Shown here piece by piece: positions 37,173 to 46,545 of a stretch of 64,000 nucleotides of DNA. Location of the stretch: positions 314,064-378,063 of the forward strand of contig NZ_FXXN01000026.1 of assembly GCF_900184795.1 (NCBI RefSeq), written 5' to 3'. The notes under the pieces are model-generated. The model had not been told where the DNA came from. It did no database searches and saw only the letters and a program-made list of their open reading frames with translations. The first letter of the stretch is position 1. Every line of letters starts with the position of its first letter. The DNA comes from Magnetospirillum sp. 15-1 (lineage in GTDB: Bacteria; Pseudomonadota; Alphaproteobacteria; Rhodospirillales; Magnetospirillaceae). The position numbers and the translations under genes were made by a program.

Positions 37173-38698
37173 CCGTGATCGTCCATGTCCCCGGCGATAC
37201 CTGCGCCATAGCCCTGGGGGCCGAGGCGGTCGCCGCCGCCATGGTCGCCGAGGCGCGGCGCCGAGGCCTGCCCATCCGGCTGGTGCGCAACAGTTCGCGC
37301 GGGATGTTCTGGCTGGAGCCGCTGGTCGAAGTGACGACGCCACGCGGCCGGATCGGCTTCGGCCCGGTGGCCGCCGAGGACGTCCCCGGCCTGTTCGACG
37401 CCGAATTCCTGGAAAAGGGCGGCCATCCCCTGTGCCTGGGCGTGGTGGACGACTTGCCCTGGCTGCGCCGCCAGCAGCGGCTGACCTTCGCCAGGGCGGG
37501 GATCACCGACCCGCTGTCCCTGGACGACTACGCGGCCCACGGCGGACTGGACGGCCTGCGCAATGCCTTGCGGCTGGACTCGGGCGCCATCGTCAGGGCG
37601 GTGGCCGAGTCCGGGCTGCGCGGGCGCGGCGGCGCCGCCTTCCCCACCGGCATCAAGTGGCGGACGGTGCTCGACGCGCCGGCGCAGCCCAAATACGTGG
37701 TCTGCAATGCCGACGAGGGAGATTCCGGCACCTTCGCCGACCGCATGGTCATGGAGGGCGACCCCTTCCTGCTGCTGGAGGGCATGATCATCGCCGGGCT
37801 GGCGGTAGGAGCCGAGGAAGGCTACATCTACGTCCGCAGCGAATACCCCGCCGCCTTCGCCACGCTCGACCGGGCGGTGGCCATCGCCGGCGAGCGGGGC
37901 CTGCTGGGCGCCAGCGTCCTGGGATCGGGCCGGGCGTTCCGCGTCCGGGTGCGCAGGGCGGCCGGGTCCTATGTCTGCGGTGAAGAGACCGCCCTGCTGG
38001 AAAGCCTGGAAGGGCGGCGCGGCGTGGTCCGGGCCAAGCCGCCGCTGCCCGCCCTGCACGGGCTGTTCGGGCGCCCCACCGTGGTCAACAACGTCATCTC
38101 ATTGGCCGCCGTGCCTCTGATCCTCGACCGGGGCTCCGGCTTCTACCAGGAATTCGGCATGGGCCGGTCGCGCGGCACCCTGCCGGTGCAGTTGGCCGGC
38201 AACATCCGCCAGGGCGGCCTGGTGGAGGTGGCGTTCGGGATGCCGCTGGGGCGGATGATCGACGAGTTCGGTGACGGCACCGCCTCCGGGCGGCCGGTGC
38301 GGGCCGTCCAGGTCGGCGGCCCGCTGGGCGCCTACCTGCCGCCATCGCTCCTCGACACCCCGCTCGACTACGAGTCCTTCGCCGCTCGGGGCGCCGTCCT
38401 GGGACACGGCGGCGTGGTGGTATTCGATGATCGCGTGGACATGGCCCGCCAGGCCCGCTTCGCCATGGAGTTCTGCGCCCTGGAATCCTGCGGCAAGTGC
38501 ACGCCCTGCCGCATCGGCTCGACCCGCGGCGTAGAACTGATGGACGACATCATCCGCCGCCGCGACACCGCCGGGATCGGTCTGCTGCGGGACCTGTGCG
38601 AGGTGATGCAGAGCGGCTCACTGTGCGCTATGGGCGGAATGACCCCGTTCCCGGTGCTGTCCGCCCTTGACCATTTTCCCGAGGATTTCCCGTCATGA
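37169..38698 (+). CDS. fdsB: NAD-dependent formate dehydrogenase beta subunit (NuoF-like, NAD/FMN/4Fe-4S)
   Basis: 509 aa with NuoF motifs (GRGGAAFPTGIKW, CNADEGDSGTF, ESCGKCTPCR). Confidence 0.9.
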   Translation: MTVIVHVPGDTCAIALGAEAVAAAMVAEARRRGLPIRLVRNSSRGMFWLEPLVEVTTPRGRIGFGPVAAEDVPGLFDAEFLEKGGHPLCLGVVDDLPWLRRQQRLTFARAGITDPLSLDDYAAHGGLDGLRNALRLDSGAIVRAVAESGLRGRGGAAFPTGIKWRTVLDAPAQPKYVVCNADEGDSGTFADRMVMEGDPFLLLEGMIIAGLAVGAEEGYIYVRSEYPAAFATLDRAVAIAGERGLLGASVLGSGRAFRVRVRRAAGSYVCGEETALLESLEGRRGVVRAKPPLPALHGLFGRPTVVNNVISLAAVPLILDRGSGFYQEFGMGRSRGTLPVQLAGNIRQGGLVEVAFGMPLGRMIDEFGDGTASGRPVRAVQVGGPLGAYLPPSLLDTPLDYESFAARGAVLGHGGVVVFDDRVDMARQARFAMEFCALESCGKCTPCRIGSTRGVELMDDIIRRRDTAGIGLLRDLCEVMQSGSLCAMGGMTPFPVLSALDHFPEDFPS

Positions 38699-41535
38699 AC
38701 CATCTGATGGAATGCGACCACGGCACGCCGGAGCGGATTTCCGACCGGCTGGTCGAGCTGGAAATCGACGGCGTCCCGGTCAGGGTCCCCGAGGGAATCT
38801 CGGTGATGCGGGCCGCCTCCGAAGCGGGGGTCTCGATCCCCAAGCTCTGCGCCACCGACCGCCTGGAAGCGGTGGGCGCCTGCCGATTGTGCCTGGTGGA
38901 GATCGAGGGGCGGCGGGGCACGCCCGCGTCCTGCACCACGCCGGTCGAGGCCGGGATGAAGGTCCGCACCGAAACGCCGCGCCTCGCCCGGCTGCGGCGC
39001 GGCGTCATGGAGCTGACCATCTCCGACCATCCGCTGGACTGCCTGACCTGCGCCGCCAACGGCAATTGCGAATTGCAGGAGATGGCGGGCCGGGTCGGCC
39101 TGCGCGAGGTCCGCTACGGGGCCGACGGCGCCAACCATTTCCAGTCCCGAAAGGACGAGAGCAATCCCTATTTCACCTATGATCCGGCCAAGTGCATCGT
39201 CTGCGGCCGCTGCGTCCGGGCCTGCGAAAGCATCCAGGGAACCTTCGCCCTGACCATGGCCGGGCGTGGCTTCGCCTCGCGGGTGGCGGCGGGCACCAAC
39301 CGGAGCTTCATCGAATCCGACTGCGTGTCGTGCGGCGCCTGCGTCGCCGCCTGCCCCACCGCCACCCTGATGGAAAAGAGCGTGATCGAGGCCGGACAGG
39401 CCGACCGCGTGGTGGTGACCACCTGCGCCTATTGCGGCGTCGGCTGCAGCTTCCGGGCCGAGGTGAAGGGCAACCGGGTGGTTCGCATGACGCCGAACAA
39501 GGCCGGCGGGGCCAACGAGGGGCACGCCTGCGTCAAGGGCCGCTTCGCCTGGACCTACGCCACCCACCCCGACCGCATCGTCAAGCCCATGGTGCGGGCC
39601 TCCATCGACGAGCCCTGGCGCGAGGTCGGCTGGGACGAGGCCCTGGCCCACGCCGCCGGCGAGTTCAAGCGCATCCAGGCCCGCTACGGCAAGGGCGCGG
39701 TCGGTGGGCTGGTGTCGTCGCGCTGCACCAATGAAGAGGACTATCTGGTCCAGAAGCTGATCCGCGCCGCCTTCGGCAACAACAACGTCGACAACTGCGC
39801 CCGCGTCTGCCACTCGCCCACCGGCTACGGGCTGAAGCAGACCCTGGGCGAATCGGCGGGCACCCAGACCTTCGCCTCGGTCGACAAGGCCGACGTCATC
39901 GTGGTGATGGGCGCCAATCCCACCGACGGACACCCGGTGGTGGGCGCCCGGCTGAAGCGGCGGGTCCGCGAGGGTGCCAGACTGATCGTCATCGATCCTC
40001 GGGCCATCGACATGGTCCGCTCGCCCAACGTCAAGGCGGATTTCCACCTGAAGCTGCGCCCCGGCACCAACGTGGCGGTGGCCACCGCCATGGCCCACGT
40101 AATCGTCACCGAGGGATTGCTGGCCGAGCAGTTCATCGCGGCGCGCTGCGACACCGAATCGTTCCGCCACTGGCGGGACTTCGCCGCGCGTCCCGAGAAC
40201 TCGCCCGAAGCCACCGAGGCGGTCACCGGCGTTCCCGCCGCCGACCTGCGCGGGGCCGCCCGCCTGTATGCCACGGGAGGCAACGCCGCCATCTTCTACG
40301 GCCTGGGGGTGACGGAGCACTCGCAGGGCTCGACCGCGGTGATGGCCATCGCCAATCTCGCCATGGCCACGGCCAACGTGGGCCGCGAAGGGGTCGGCGT
40401 GACGCCGCTGCGCGGCCAGAACAACGTCCAGGGATCGTGCGACATGGGCTCGTTCCCCACCGAGCTTCCGGGTTACCGCCACGTCTCGGACGATGCCACC
40501 CGCGCCACCTTCGAGCGGGCCTGGGGTGTCCGCCTCGACCCCGAGCCAGGCCTGCGCGTTCCCAACATGCTGGACGCCGCCCATCACGGCCGCTTCAAGG
40601 GGATCTACATCCAGGGCGAGGACATCGTCCAGTCCGACCCAAACACCCGCCACGTGGTCGAGGCGCTGCGGAACATGGAATGCGTCGTGGTGCAGGATAT
40701 CTTCATGTCGGAGACCGCCCGCTACGCCCACGTCTTCCTGCCCGGTTCCTCGTTCCTGGAAAAGGACGGCACCTTCACCAACGGCGAACGGCGGATTTCG
40801 CGGGTCCGCAAGGTGATGCCCCCCCTGGCCGGGCGGGCGGACTGGGAGACCACCATGGCCCTGTCCGAGGCGCTCGGCTATCCCATGCGCTATTCCCATC
40901 CCTCGGAGATCATGGACGAGATCGCCGCCCTGACCCCGACCTTCGAGGGCGTCAGCTACGACCTCATCGAGCGCCAGGGCTCGGTCCAATGGCCCTGCGG
41001 CGGCAAGGCGCCCGCCGGGACCCCCACCATGCATGTCGATGAGTTCGTCCGCGGCAAGGGACGCTTCTTCGTCACCCAGTACATCCCGACCGACGAGAAG
41101 GTCACCCGGCGCTTTCCGCTGCTGCTGACCACCGGCCGCATCCTGTCCCAGTACAATGTCGGGACCCAGACCCGCCGGACCGAGAACGTGCGGTTCTGCG
41201 CCGAGGACATGCTGGAGATCCATCCCCACGACGCCGACGAGCGCGGCATCCGGGACGGCGAATGGGTGGGCGTGGAATCCCGTTCGGGCCGCACGGCGCT
41301 GAGGGCCGCCGTCACCGACCGCGTCCAGCCCGGCGTGGTCTACACCACCTTCCATTTCCCCGAATCGGGGGCCAACGTGATCACCACCGACAATTCCGAC
41401 TGGGCCACCAACTGCCCCGAGTTCAAGGTCACGGCGGTCCAGATCACGGCGGCTGTGGACCCCGCCGAATGGCGGACCAGGCTGGACGACATTGCCGGTC
41501 GGCCCGCTCCCCCACGGCAACGGCGCGGGAGATGA
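38695..41535 (+). CDS. fdsA: NAD-dependent formate dehydrogenase alpha subunit (molybdopterin catalytic subunit with N-terminal Fe-S domains)
   Basis: 946 aa. 2Fe-2S and 4Fe-4S cysteine clusters (CRLCLVE, CIVCGRCVRACE, CVSCGACVAACP) and a Mo-bisMGD domain (CxxxC...AYCGVGC). The stop overlaps the fdhD start. Confidence 0.9.
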   Translation: MNHLMECDHGTPERISDRLVELEIDGVPVRVPEGISVMRAASEAGVSIPKLCATDRLEAVGACRLCLVEIEGRRGTPASCTTPVEAGMKVRTETPRLARLRRGVMELTISDHPLDCLTCAANGNCELQEMAGRVGLREVRYGADGANHFQSRKDESNPYFTYDPAKCIVCGRCVRACESIQGTFALTMAGRGFASRVAAGTNRSFIESDCVSCGACVAACPTATLMEKSVIEAGQADRVVVTTCAYCGVGCSFRAEVKGNRVVRMTPNKAGGANEGHACVKGRFAWTYATHPDRIVKPMVRASIDEPWREVGWDEALAHAAGEFKRIQARYGKGAVGGLVSSRCTNEEDYLVQKLIRAAFGNNNVDNCARVCHSPTGYGLKQTLGESAGTQTFASVDKADVIVVMGANPTDGHPVVGARLKRRVREGARLIVIDPRAIDMVRSPNVKADFHLKLRPGTNVAVATAMAHVIVTEGLLAEQFIAARCDTESFRHWRDFAARPENSPEATEAVTGVPAADLRGAARLYATGGNAAIFYGLGVTEHSQGSTAVMAIANLAMATANVGREGVGVTPLRGQNNVQGSCDMGSFPTELPGYRHVSDDATRATFERAWGVRLDPEPGLRVPNMLDAAHHGRFKGIYIQGEDIVQSDPNTRHVVEALRNMECVVVQDIFMSETARYAHVFLPGSSFLEKDGTFTNGERRISRVRKVMPPLAGRADWETTMALSEALGYPMRYSHPSEIMDEIAALTPTFEGVSYDLIERQGSVQWPCGGKAPAGTPTMHVDEFVRGKGRFFVTQYIPTDEKVTRRFPLLLTTGRILSQYNVGTQTRRTENVRFCAEDMLEIHPHDADERGIRDGEWVGVESRSGRTALRAAVTDRVQPGVVYTTFHFPESGANVITTDNSDWATNCPEFKVTAVQITAAVDPAEWRTRLDDIAGRPAPPRQRRGR

Positions 41536-42335
41536 CCATGAACCTGACCATGATGGCGGCGGACGTCCGGCGATGGGGCGACGGCGGAACCCGCCCCGTG
41601 GTGGACGACGTCGCGGTCGAGATGCCGATCGCCCTGGAATACAACGGCGTCTCTTTCGCCGTCATGCTGGCCTCGCCCGCCGATCTGGAAGACTTCGCCC
41701 TGGGCTTCAGCCTGACCGAGGGCATTATCGCCCGCCCCCGGGAACTGTTGGACCTGGAACTGGCCGAACTGGAGGAGGGCATCGCCATCAAGATGACCAT
41801 CCAGACCGAGCGTTTCGCCGGTCTGCGGCAGCGCCGCCGCAATCTGGCCGGGCGCACCGGCTGCGGCCTGTGCGGAGCGGAAAGCCTGGGCCAGGTATTC
41901 CGTCCGCTGCCGCCGGTGGCGGGCGGAGTGGCCTGCCGCGCCGCCAATCTCCAGGGGGCGCTGCGGCGGCTTCGGGAATGCCAGCCGCTGCAGCAGGCGA
42001 CGGGGGCCACCCATGCCGCCGCCTGGATCGCCCAGGACGGCGGTATCGTGCTATCGCGCGAGGATGTGGGCCGGCACAACGCCCTGGACAAGATGATCGG
42101 TGCCGTCGCCGCCGCGCGCGGCGATTTCGGGGCGGGCGTCGCCCTGGTCACCAGCCGCGCCAGCTACGAACTGGTGCAGAAGGCCGCCGCCGTCGGGATC
42201 GGCACCCTGGCCGCCATCTCGGCGCCGACATCCCTGGCCATCGAGATGGCGGAACGCCTGAACCTCACCCTGGTGGGGTTCCTGCGCCAGGGCAGCCACG
42301 TCGTCTACACGCACCCCGGACGCATTCACGATTGA
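41532..42335 (+). CDS. fdhD: Formate dehydrogenase accessory sulfurtransferase FdhD (FdsC)
   Basis: Start MTMNLT at 41532. FdhD family, with conserved Cys in GRTGCGLCG and the GRHNALDK motif. Confidence 0.85.
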   Translation: MTMNLTMMAADVRRWGDGGTRPVVDDVAVEMPIALEYNGVSFAVMLASPADLEDFALGFSLTEGIIARPRELLDLELAELEEGIAIKMTIQTERFAGLRQRRRNLAGRTGCGLCGAESLGQVFRPLPPVAGGVACRAANLQGALRRLRECQPLQQATGATHAAAWIAQDGGIVLSREDVGRHNALDKMIGAVAAARGDFGAGVALVTSRASYELVQKAAAVGIGTLAAISAPTSLAIEMAERLNLTLVGFLRQGSHVVYTHPGRIHD

Positions 42336-42339
42336 TCGG

Positions 42340-42576
42340 ATGGAAACGCAAGTAATGAACGTGGAAAAGCTCGTCAAGATGGCCAACCAGATCGGCCTTT
42401 TCTTCGACGCCATGCCCGACCGCCCCCAGGCCCTGCATGACCTGGCCCTCCATATCCGGCGATCGTGGGACCCCGGCATGCGTATCGACCTGCTGAGCCA
42501 TGTGGACGAAACTGCGGGCGCCGGGCTTAGCCCCGTGGTGCGCGAGGCCCTGGAACGACACCGCTCCATCCTATAG
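42340..42576 (+). CDS. fdsD: Formate dehydrogenase delta subunit (FdsD)
   Basis: 78-aa ORF directly after fdhD. FdsD-like size and composition (VEKLVKMANQIGLFF). Confidence 0.65.
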   Translation: METQVMNVEKLVKMANQIGLFFDAMPDRPQALHDLALHIRRSWDPGMRIDLLSHVDETAGAGLSPVVREALERHRSIL

Positions 42577-42700
42577 CCGGCCGCTCCGTAAAGCAGATCG
42601 ATACGGGGTGATCGTCTGCATCCGGCGCCATGCCGGGCGGTGCCGCCGATCACGACGCACTTCGACAGATCGGCCAGGACCTTTGCTGATTGGCAGGAGG

Positions 42701-43132
42701 TCACGGATACAACTCCTCTCGGCTCCATCCCCGGTCCGCCCGATAGACGAAGCGGTCGTGCAGGCGGAACGGACGGTCGCGCCAGAATTCGATCCGCTCT
42801 GAGACCAGGCGGAGAGCCGGGAAGCGGCCCGCCGGCGCTTCCAGCCGCCCCTCGACGCGAATCTGACGCCGGATGGTCTTCCAGTGAAAGCACAAGGCGG
42901 CATTCCGGCCGGCGGCGAAGACGGCATCCCACTCTTCCGGGAAGCCGGGGTGCGGCTGCATGATGAAGCCTCCCGCTCCCCAGCCGTCCAGACGAATCAT
43001 GCGCACCCGCGGCCACGCCTGCGCGTCGGCCACGGCCAGGGCCGCATCCCGCGGGGCGTCGGGCTCGGACAGCCCGGCTTCGGCCAGCCAGAGGCCAAAA
43101 AGTCGATAGGGGTCGTCGGGTCGTTCGGACAT
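42701..43132 (-). CDS. Pyridoxamine 5'-phosphate oxidase (PdxH)-like protein, shortened. Lacks about 50 central residues relative to canonical PdxH. Possibly degenerate.
   Basis: 143 aa. The N-terminal DPYRLFGLWLAEA and C-terminal IEFWRDRPFRLHDRFVYR...W...L.P match the conserved ends of PdxH. The central segment is absent. Confidence 0.5.
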   Translation of the reverse strand: MSERPDDPYRLFGLWLAEAGLSEPDAPRDAALAVADAQAWPRVRMIRLDGWGAGGFIMQPHPGFPEEWDAVFAAGRNAALCFHWKTIRRQIRVEGRLEAPAGRFPALRLVSERIEFWRDRPFRLHDRFVYRADRGWSREELYP

Positions 43133-43431
43133 CGGCTCCTCCGGAACGGCGGGAATTGATCAAATTCGACAGGATCGGGAGACCAGCCGGAAGCCGGCGG
43201 CGGATTTGCTGCAATCGTCCAGGCGAAGAGCCCGGAAAATCCAGGCGCGGCAACTGGCACGGCGCTTGCTCCTGCATGCCGGCGCCGGACGAGTTGCGCA
43301 AAGGGAAGCAACGGAACAGGAGGAGTATTTCCAGACAGATATCAGGCCAATACCCTGCCCCTCTCCTCCCGAGGGAAAGGCTTTCATCTCCTATATTCTC
43401 CAGGGCGGAAACCCTCTGCCCGAACCTTCTT

Positions 43432-43461
43432 CCCGCCGCTTCAAAGGCGGCGGGATTTTTT
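43432..43461 (+). terminator. Intrinsic terminator/attenuator hairpin in the ribBA leader: 8-bp GC stem CCCGCCGC/GCGGCGGG, 7-nt loop and a T6 tract, ending 14 nt before the ribBA start
   Basis: Read directly from the sequence. The RBS AGGAGAG follows the T tract immediately, which is typical of a riboswitch or attenuation expression platform. Confidence 0.45.
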
Positions 43462-43474
43462 CAGGAGAGACACT

Positions 43475-44578
43475 GTGCCCCGCAATGATTTCTTGTCGCC
43501 CATCGAAGACGTAATCGCCGGCGCCCGCCGGGGCGAGATGTTCATCATCATCGACGACGAAAGCCGCGAGAACGAGGGTGACCTGGTCATCCCGGCCGAA
43601 AAGTGCGGCCCCGAGGCGGTCAATTTCATGGCGACCCACGGCCGGGGGCTCATCTGTCTGGCGCTGACCCGCCAGCGGGTCGAGGACTTGCATCTGCCGC
43701 TGATGAACGAAGCGGCGGCCGACCTGCACGGCACGGCCTTCACCGTCTCGGTGGAAGCCAGGGAGGGGGTGACCACCGGTATTTCGGCCGCCGACCGCGC
43801 CCGGACCATCTCTGTGGCGACCGATCCGGGCAGGGGATACCAGGATCTCGTCAGCCCCGGCCATGTCTTCCCGCTGATGGCCCGCGACGGCGGCGTCCTG
43901 GTGCGGGCCGGCCATACCGAAGCCTCGGTCGACATCGCCCGTCTCGCCGGGCTGGTTCCGGCCGGGGTGATCTGCGAGATCATGAACGATGACGGCACCA
44001 TGGCGAGGTTGCCGGACCTGATGGCCTTCGCCCGGCGGCACGGACTGCGCATCGCCAGCATCGAGGGGCTGATCGCCTATCGCCGCCGCCACGAACGGCT
44101 GGTGCGGCGCAAGACCGACGCCACCTTCGACTCCATCCATGGCGGAAGCTGGCGCATGGCCGTCTACGCCAATACCGTCTCGTATGCCGAGCACGTGGCG
44201 CTGATCAAGGGAGACGTCGACGATGGCGAGCCGGTGCTGGCCCGCATCCATCCCCTCAGCGTCCTCGACGACCTGTTGGGCGCCAGCCGGGGCGGCCGGG
44301 CCAACACCTTGCGCGATTCCATGCGGATCATCGCCGAACACGGCCGGGGCGTCGTGCTGCTGATGCGCGACCCCCGGCCCACCTCGGTGTCCGAGCGGGC
44401 GCGCGCCCTCGACATCCACCCGCCCGAGCCGGGTGGATTGAGGGATTACGGCATCGGCGCCCAGATTTTGCTGGACCTCGGGATATCGCGAATAGTCCTG
44501 CTCAGCAACAGCGCCAAGGCCCCCGTCGCACTGGACGGCTACGGCCTGACCATCCACGGCCGCCGGCCGATCCCCTGA
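43475..44578 (+). CDS. ribB: 3,4-dihydroxy-2-butanone 4-phosphate synthase fused to a GTP-cyclohydrolase-II-like domain that lacks the zinc-binding cysteines (RibBA-type)
   Basis: GTG start. DHBP synthase motifs (IIIDDESRENEGDLVIPAEK, GRGLICLALT). The C-terminal RibA-like domain has no CxxC...C zinc triad. Confidence 0.85.
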   Translation: MPRNDFLSPIEDVIAGARRGEMFIIIDDESRENEGDLVIPAEKCGPEAVNFMATHGRGLICLALTRQRVEDLHLPLMNEAAADLHGTAFTVSVEAREGVTTGISAADRARTISVATDPGRGYQDLVSPGHVFPLMARDGGVLVRAGHTEASVDIARLAGLVPAGVICEIMNDDGTMARLPDLMAFARRHGLRIASIEGLIAYRRRHERLVRRKTDATFDSIHGGSWRMAVYANTVSYAEHVALIKGDVDDGEPVLARIHPLSVLDDLLGASRGGRANTLRDSMRIIAEHGRGVVLLMRDPRPTSVSERARALDIHPPEPGGLRDYGIGAQILLDLGISRIVLLSNSAKAPVALDGYGLTIHGRRPIP

Positions 44579-44593
44579 CATCGCCCGCCCCGC

Positions 44594-46042
44594 TCAGGAG
44601 GCCCGAACCCGGTCGAGAAACGCCCCCACCTGCTCCCGCAGCCGGGCCGACTGGCCGGAAAGGGCGTCGGCCTCCCGCGTCAGGGAGGCGGCCATGCTCC
44701 CGGTCTCTCCCGCCGCCGCCGACAAGGTGGCGGCGTTTTCCGAGACCTCGCGGGTGCGGCTGGCCGTCTCGCCGATCGCCTCGGCGATCTCGCTGGCCGT
44801 CACCGATTGCTGCTCGACCGCCACGGCGATATCCCCGGTGATGCGGTTCATGGTCTCGACGGTTCCAGTGATGGACTGGATGGCGGAAACCACCGTGTTG
44901 GTCACCGACTGCATCTGGGAAACCTGGGCCTGGATCTCGTCGGTGGCCTTGGCCGTCTGGTTGGCGAGATTCTTGACCTCGCCCGCCACCACGGCGAAGC
45001 CCTTGCCCGCCTCGCCGGCCCGCGCCGCCTCGATGGTGGCGTTCAAGGCCAGCAGGTTGGTCTGGGCGGCGATATCGTTGATCAGGCTGACCACGTCGCC
45101 GATCCGGCGGGCGGCCTCGGCCAGCCCTTCCACCATGGCGTTGGTGCGCGTGGCCTCCTCCACCGCCCGCCCGGCGATGCGGGCGGATTCGTTCATCCTC
45201 TCCCCCACCTGCCCCACCGAGGCCGACAACTGGCCGGCCGCCGAAGCCACACGCCCCACATTGGCCGAGGCCTCGCCCGAGGCGGTGGCGACCCGGGCCG
45301 AGCGCCCGCTGCCCTCCTCCGCCGTTCCGGCCATGCGTCGCGCGCCTTCGCGCAGATGCTCGACCGCCGTGCCCAGGGACTGAACGATCGCCGAGATACC
45401 CGCCTCGAACTGGTCGGCCACGCCGCGCAGGGCCTCGGCCTGACCCGCATGGGCCTCGGTCTGTGCCCGCCGGGCACAGACCAGCTCGCCGATGTCGTGC
45501 CAGTTGACCAGCACCGCCGGCCGGCCGCCGATGGCCGCCACCGTCAGGGTCACCACGACCGGAAAGCCCTCGCCGTCGCGGCGGCTGTGCATCCATTCGA
45601 AGCGGTTGGAACCGTTCTCCAGGGCCTGTCCGATCATCTCGGCGGCCTTCTCGTCCGACCGGCGGCCGTCGGGCTGGAACTCCGGCGATATCTCGGAGGG
45701 CGAAACGGCAAGGACATCCTGGCGCCGCTCGCAGCCGAGCAGCCGGGCGGCGGCGGAATTGCACTCGGCGAACCGGCCATCGACGATCACCATGCCGGCG
45801 TCCGACGACAGATCGAACATGGCCATCGCCACCTCCTCCCTGAACGACGGCCCGCCCAGCCCGGTCAGGCCGGCCTGGCGGATACGGCCGACGGCGACCC
45901 AGCCGCCGGCCAGCAGCCCCAGCCCGACCACGGCCAGGGCGGCCGGCCCCGGGGACTGCCCAGACAGTGCCAGGGCGGCCAGGACCAGCGGTGCGGCGAG
46001 GCTGCCGAAAGCCGCCACCAGGGACTTGATGCGTCGCGTCAT
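44594..46042 (-). CDS. Methyl-accepting chemotaxis protein with periplasmic/TM region and cytoplasmic PAS domain
   Basis: Start MTRRIKSL. Two TM segments, a PAS fold ([13 protein letters not shown]...[12 protein letters not shown]) and an MCP signalling domain ([31 protein letters not shown]). Confidence 0.8.
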   Translation of the reverse strand: MTRRIKSLVAAFGSLAAPLVLAALALSGQSPGPAALAVVGLGLLAGGWVAVGRIRQAGLTGLGGPSFREEVAMAMFDLSSDAGMVIVDGRFAECNSAAARLLGCERRQDVLAVSPSEISPEFQPDGRRSDEKAAEMIGQALENGSNRFEWMHSRRDGEGFPVVVTLTVAAIGGRPAVLVNWHDIGELVCARRAQTEAHAGQAEALRGVADQFEAGISAIVQSLGTAVEHLREGARRMAGTAEEGSGRSARVATASGEASANVGRVASAAGQLSASVGQVGERMNESARIAGRAVEEATRTNAMVEGLAEAARRIGDVVSLINDIAAQTNLLALNATIEAARAGEAGKGFAVVAGEVKNLANQTAKATDEIQAQVSQMQSVTNTVVSAIQSITGTVETMNRITGDIAVAVEQQSVTASEIAEAIGETASRTREVSENAATLSAAAGETGSMAASLTREADALSGQSARLREQVGAFLDRVRAS

Positions 46043-46545
46043 GGATATTCCCCACAAGCTCCGTCCACGGCGAAGCTCTCCTTGCTGCCGAAGGACCGGG
46101 TATTATCGATATAGGTCGCCCGTCCGACCGTCAGCCGATAGACGACGGCCTTGGCCAGTGCGGCGGCGATGGCCGGCGCCCGCCCGTCGGCCTTGAGGAA
46201 GCCGTACCGGCCGACCAGGCGGGCCAGCGCCACTGCGGCCTCGCCGGACCCCGTGGTCCGCGATGCCTCGCCGGCCAATTGCAGCCCGCGAACCTGCCGG
46301 AAATCGGCATAGTCCGGCGCCACCGTCGCCATGGCCGCCACCCGTCCCCCGGCATCGATCAGCCGGGAATGGCGGGCGGCGGGATCGGACAGCCAGTACA
46401 GGACGAAGCCGTCGTTGGCGTACATCAGCGAGCAGGCGTGCGGGAAGCCGCCCTCTCCGGCCAGCGCCAGCGACAGCACATGATGGCCGTCGAGAAACGC
46501 CCGCGCCGTCGCCAGGGTGGCGGAACCGCCGCTATCGCCGGACAT
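46039..46545 (-). CDS. Pyridoxamine 5'-phosphate oxidase family (FMN-binding split-barrel) protein
   Basis: 168 aa with a split-barrel-like pattern. 4-nt overlap with the MCP start. 14-nt overlap with the paaK stop. Confidence 0.55.
   Translation of the reverse strand: MSGDSGGSATLATARAFLDGHHVLSLALAGEGGFPHACSLMYANDGFVLYWLSDPAARHSRLIDAGGRVAAMATVAPDYADFRQVRGLQLAGEASRTTGSGEAAVALARLVGRYGFLKADGRAPAIAAALAKAVVYRLTVGRATYIDNTRSFGSKESFAVDGACGEYP

Noticed and set aside
38368-41520. 1050-aa minus-strand ORF opposite fdsA
   Set aside because: Antisense artefact. fdsA on the plus strand has full Fe-S and Mo-bisMGD signatures.
43133-43474. Canonical FMN riboswitch (RF00050)
   Set aside because: Only short fragments (CAGGGCGG, GGGGCAGGGT) match and they lie on opposite strands. 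The hallmark GTGAAATTCCC...ACCGGCGGT...GGATGGGAG blocks are not recognisable. Retained only as a riboswitch/attenuator candidate.
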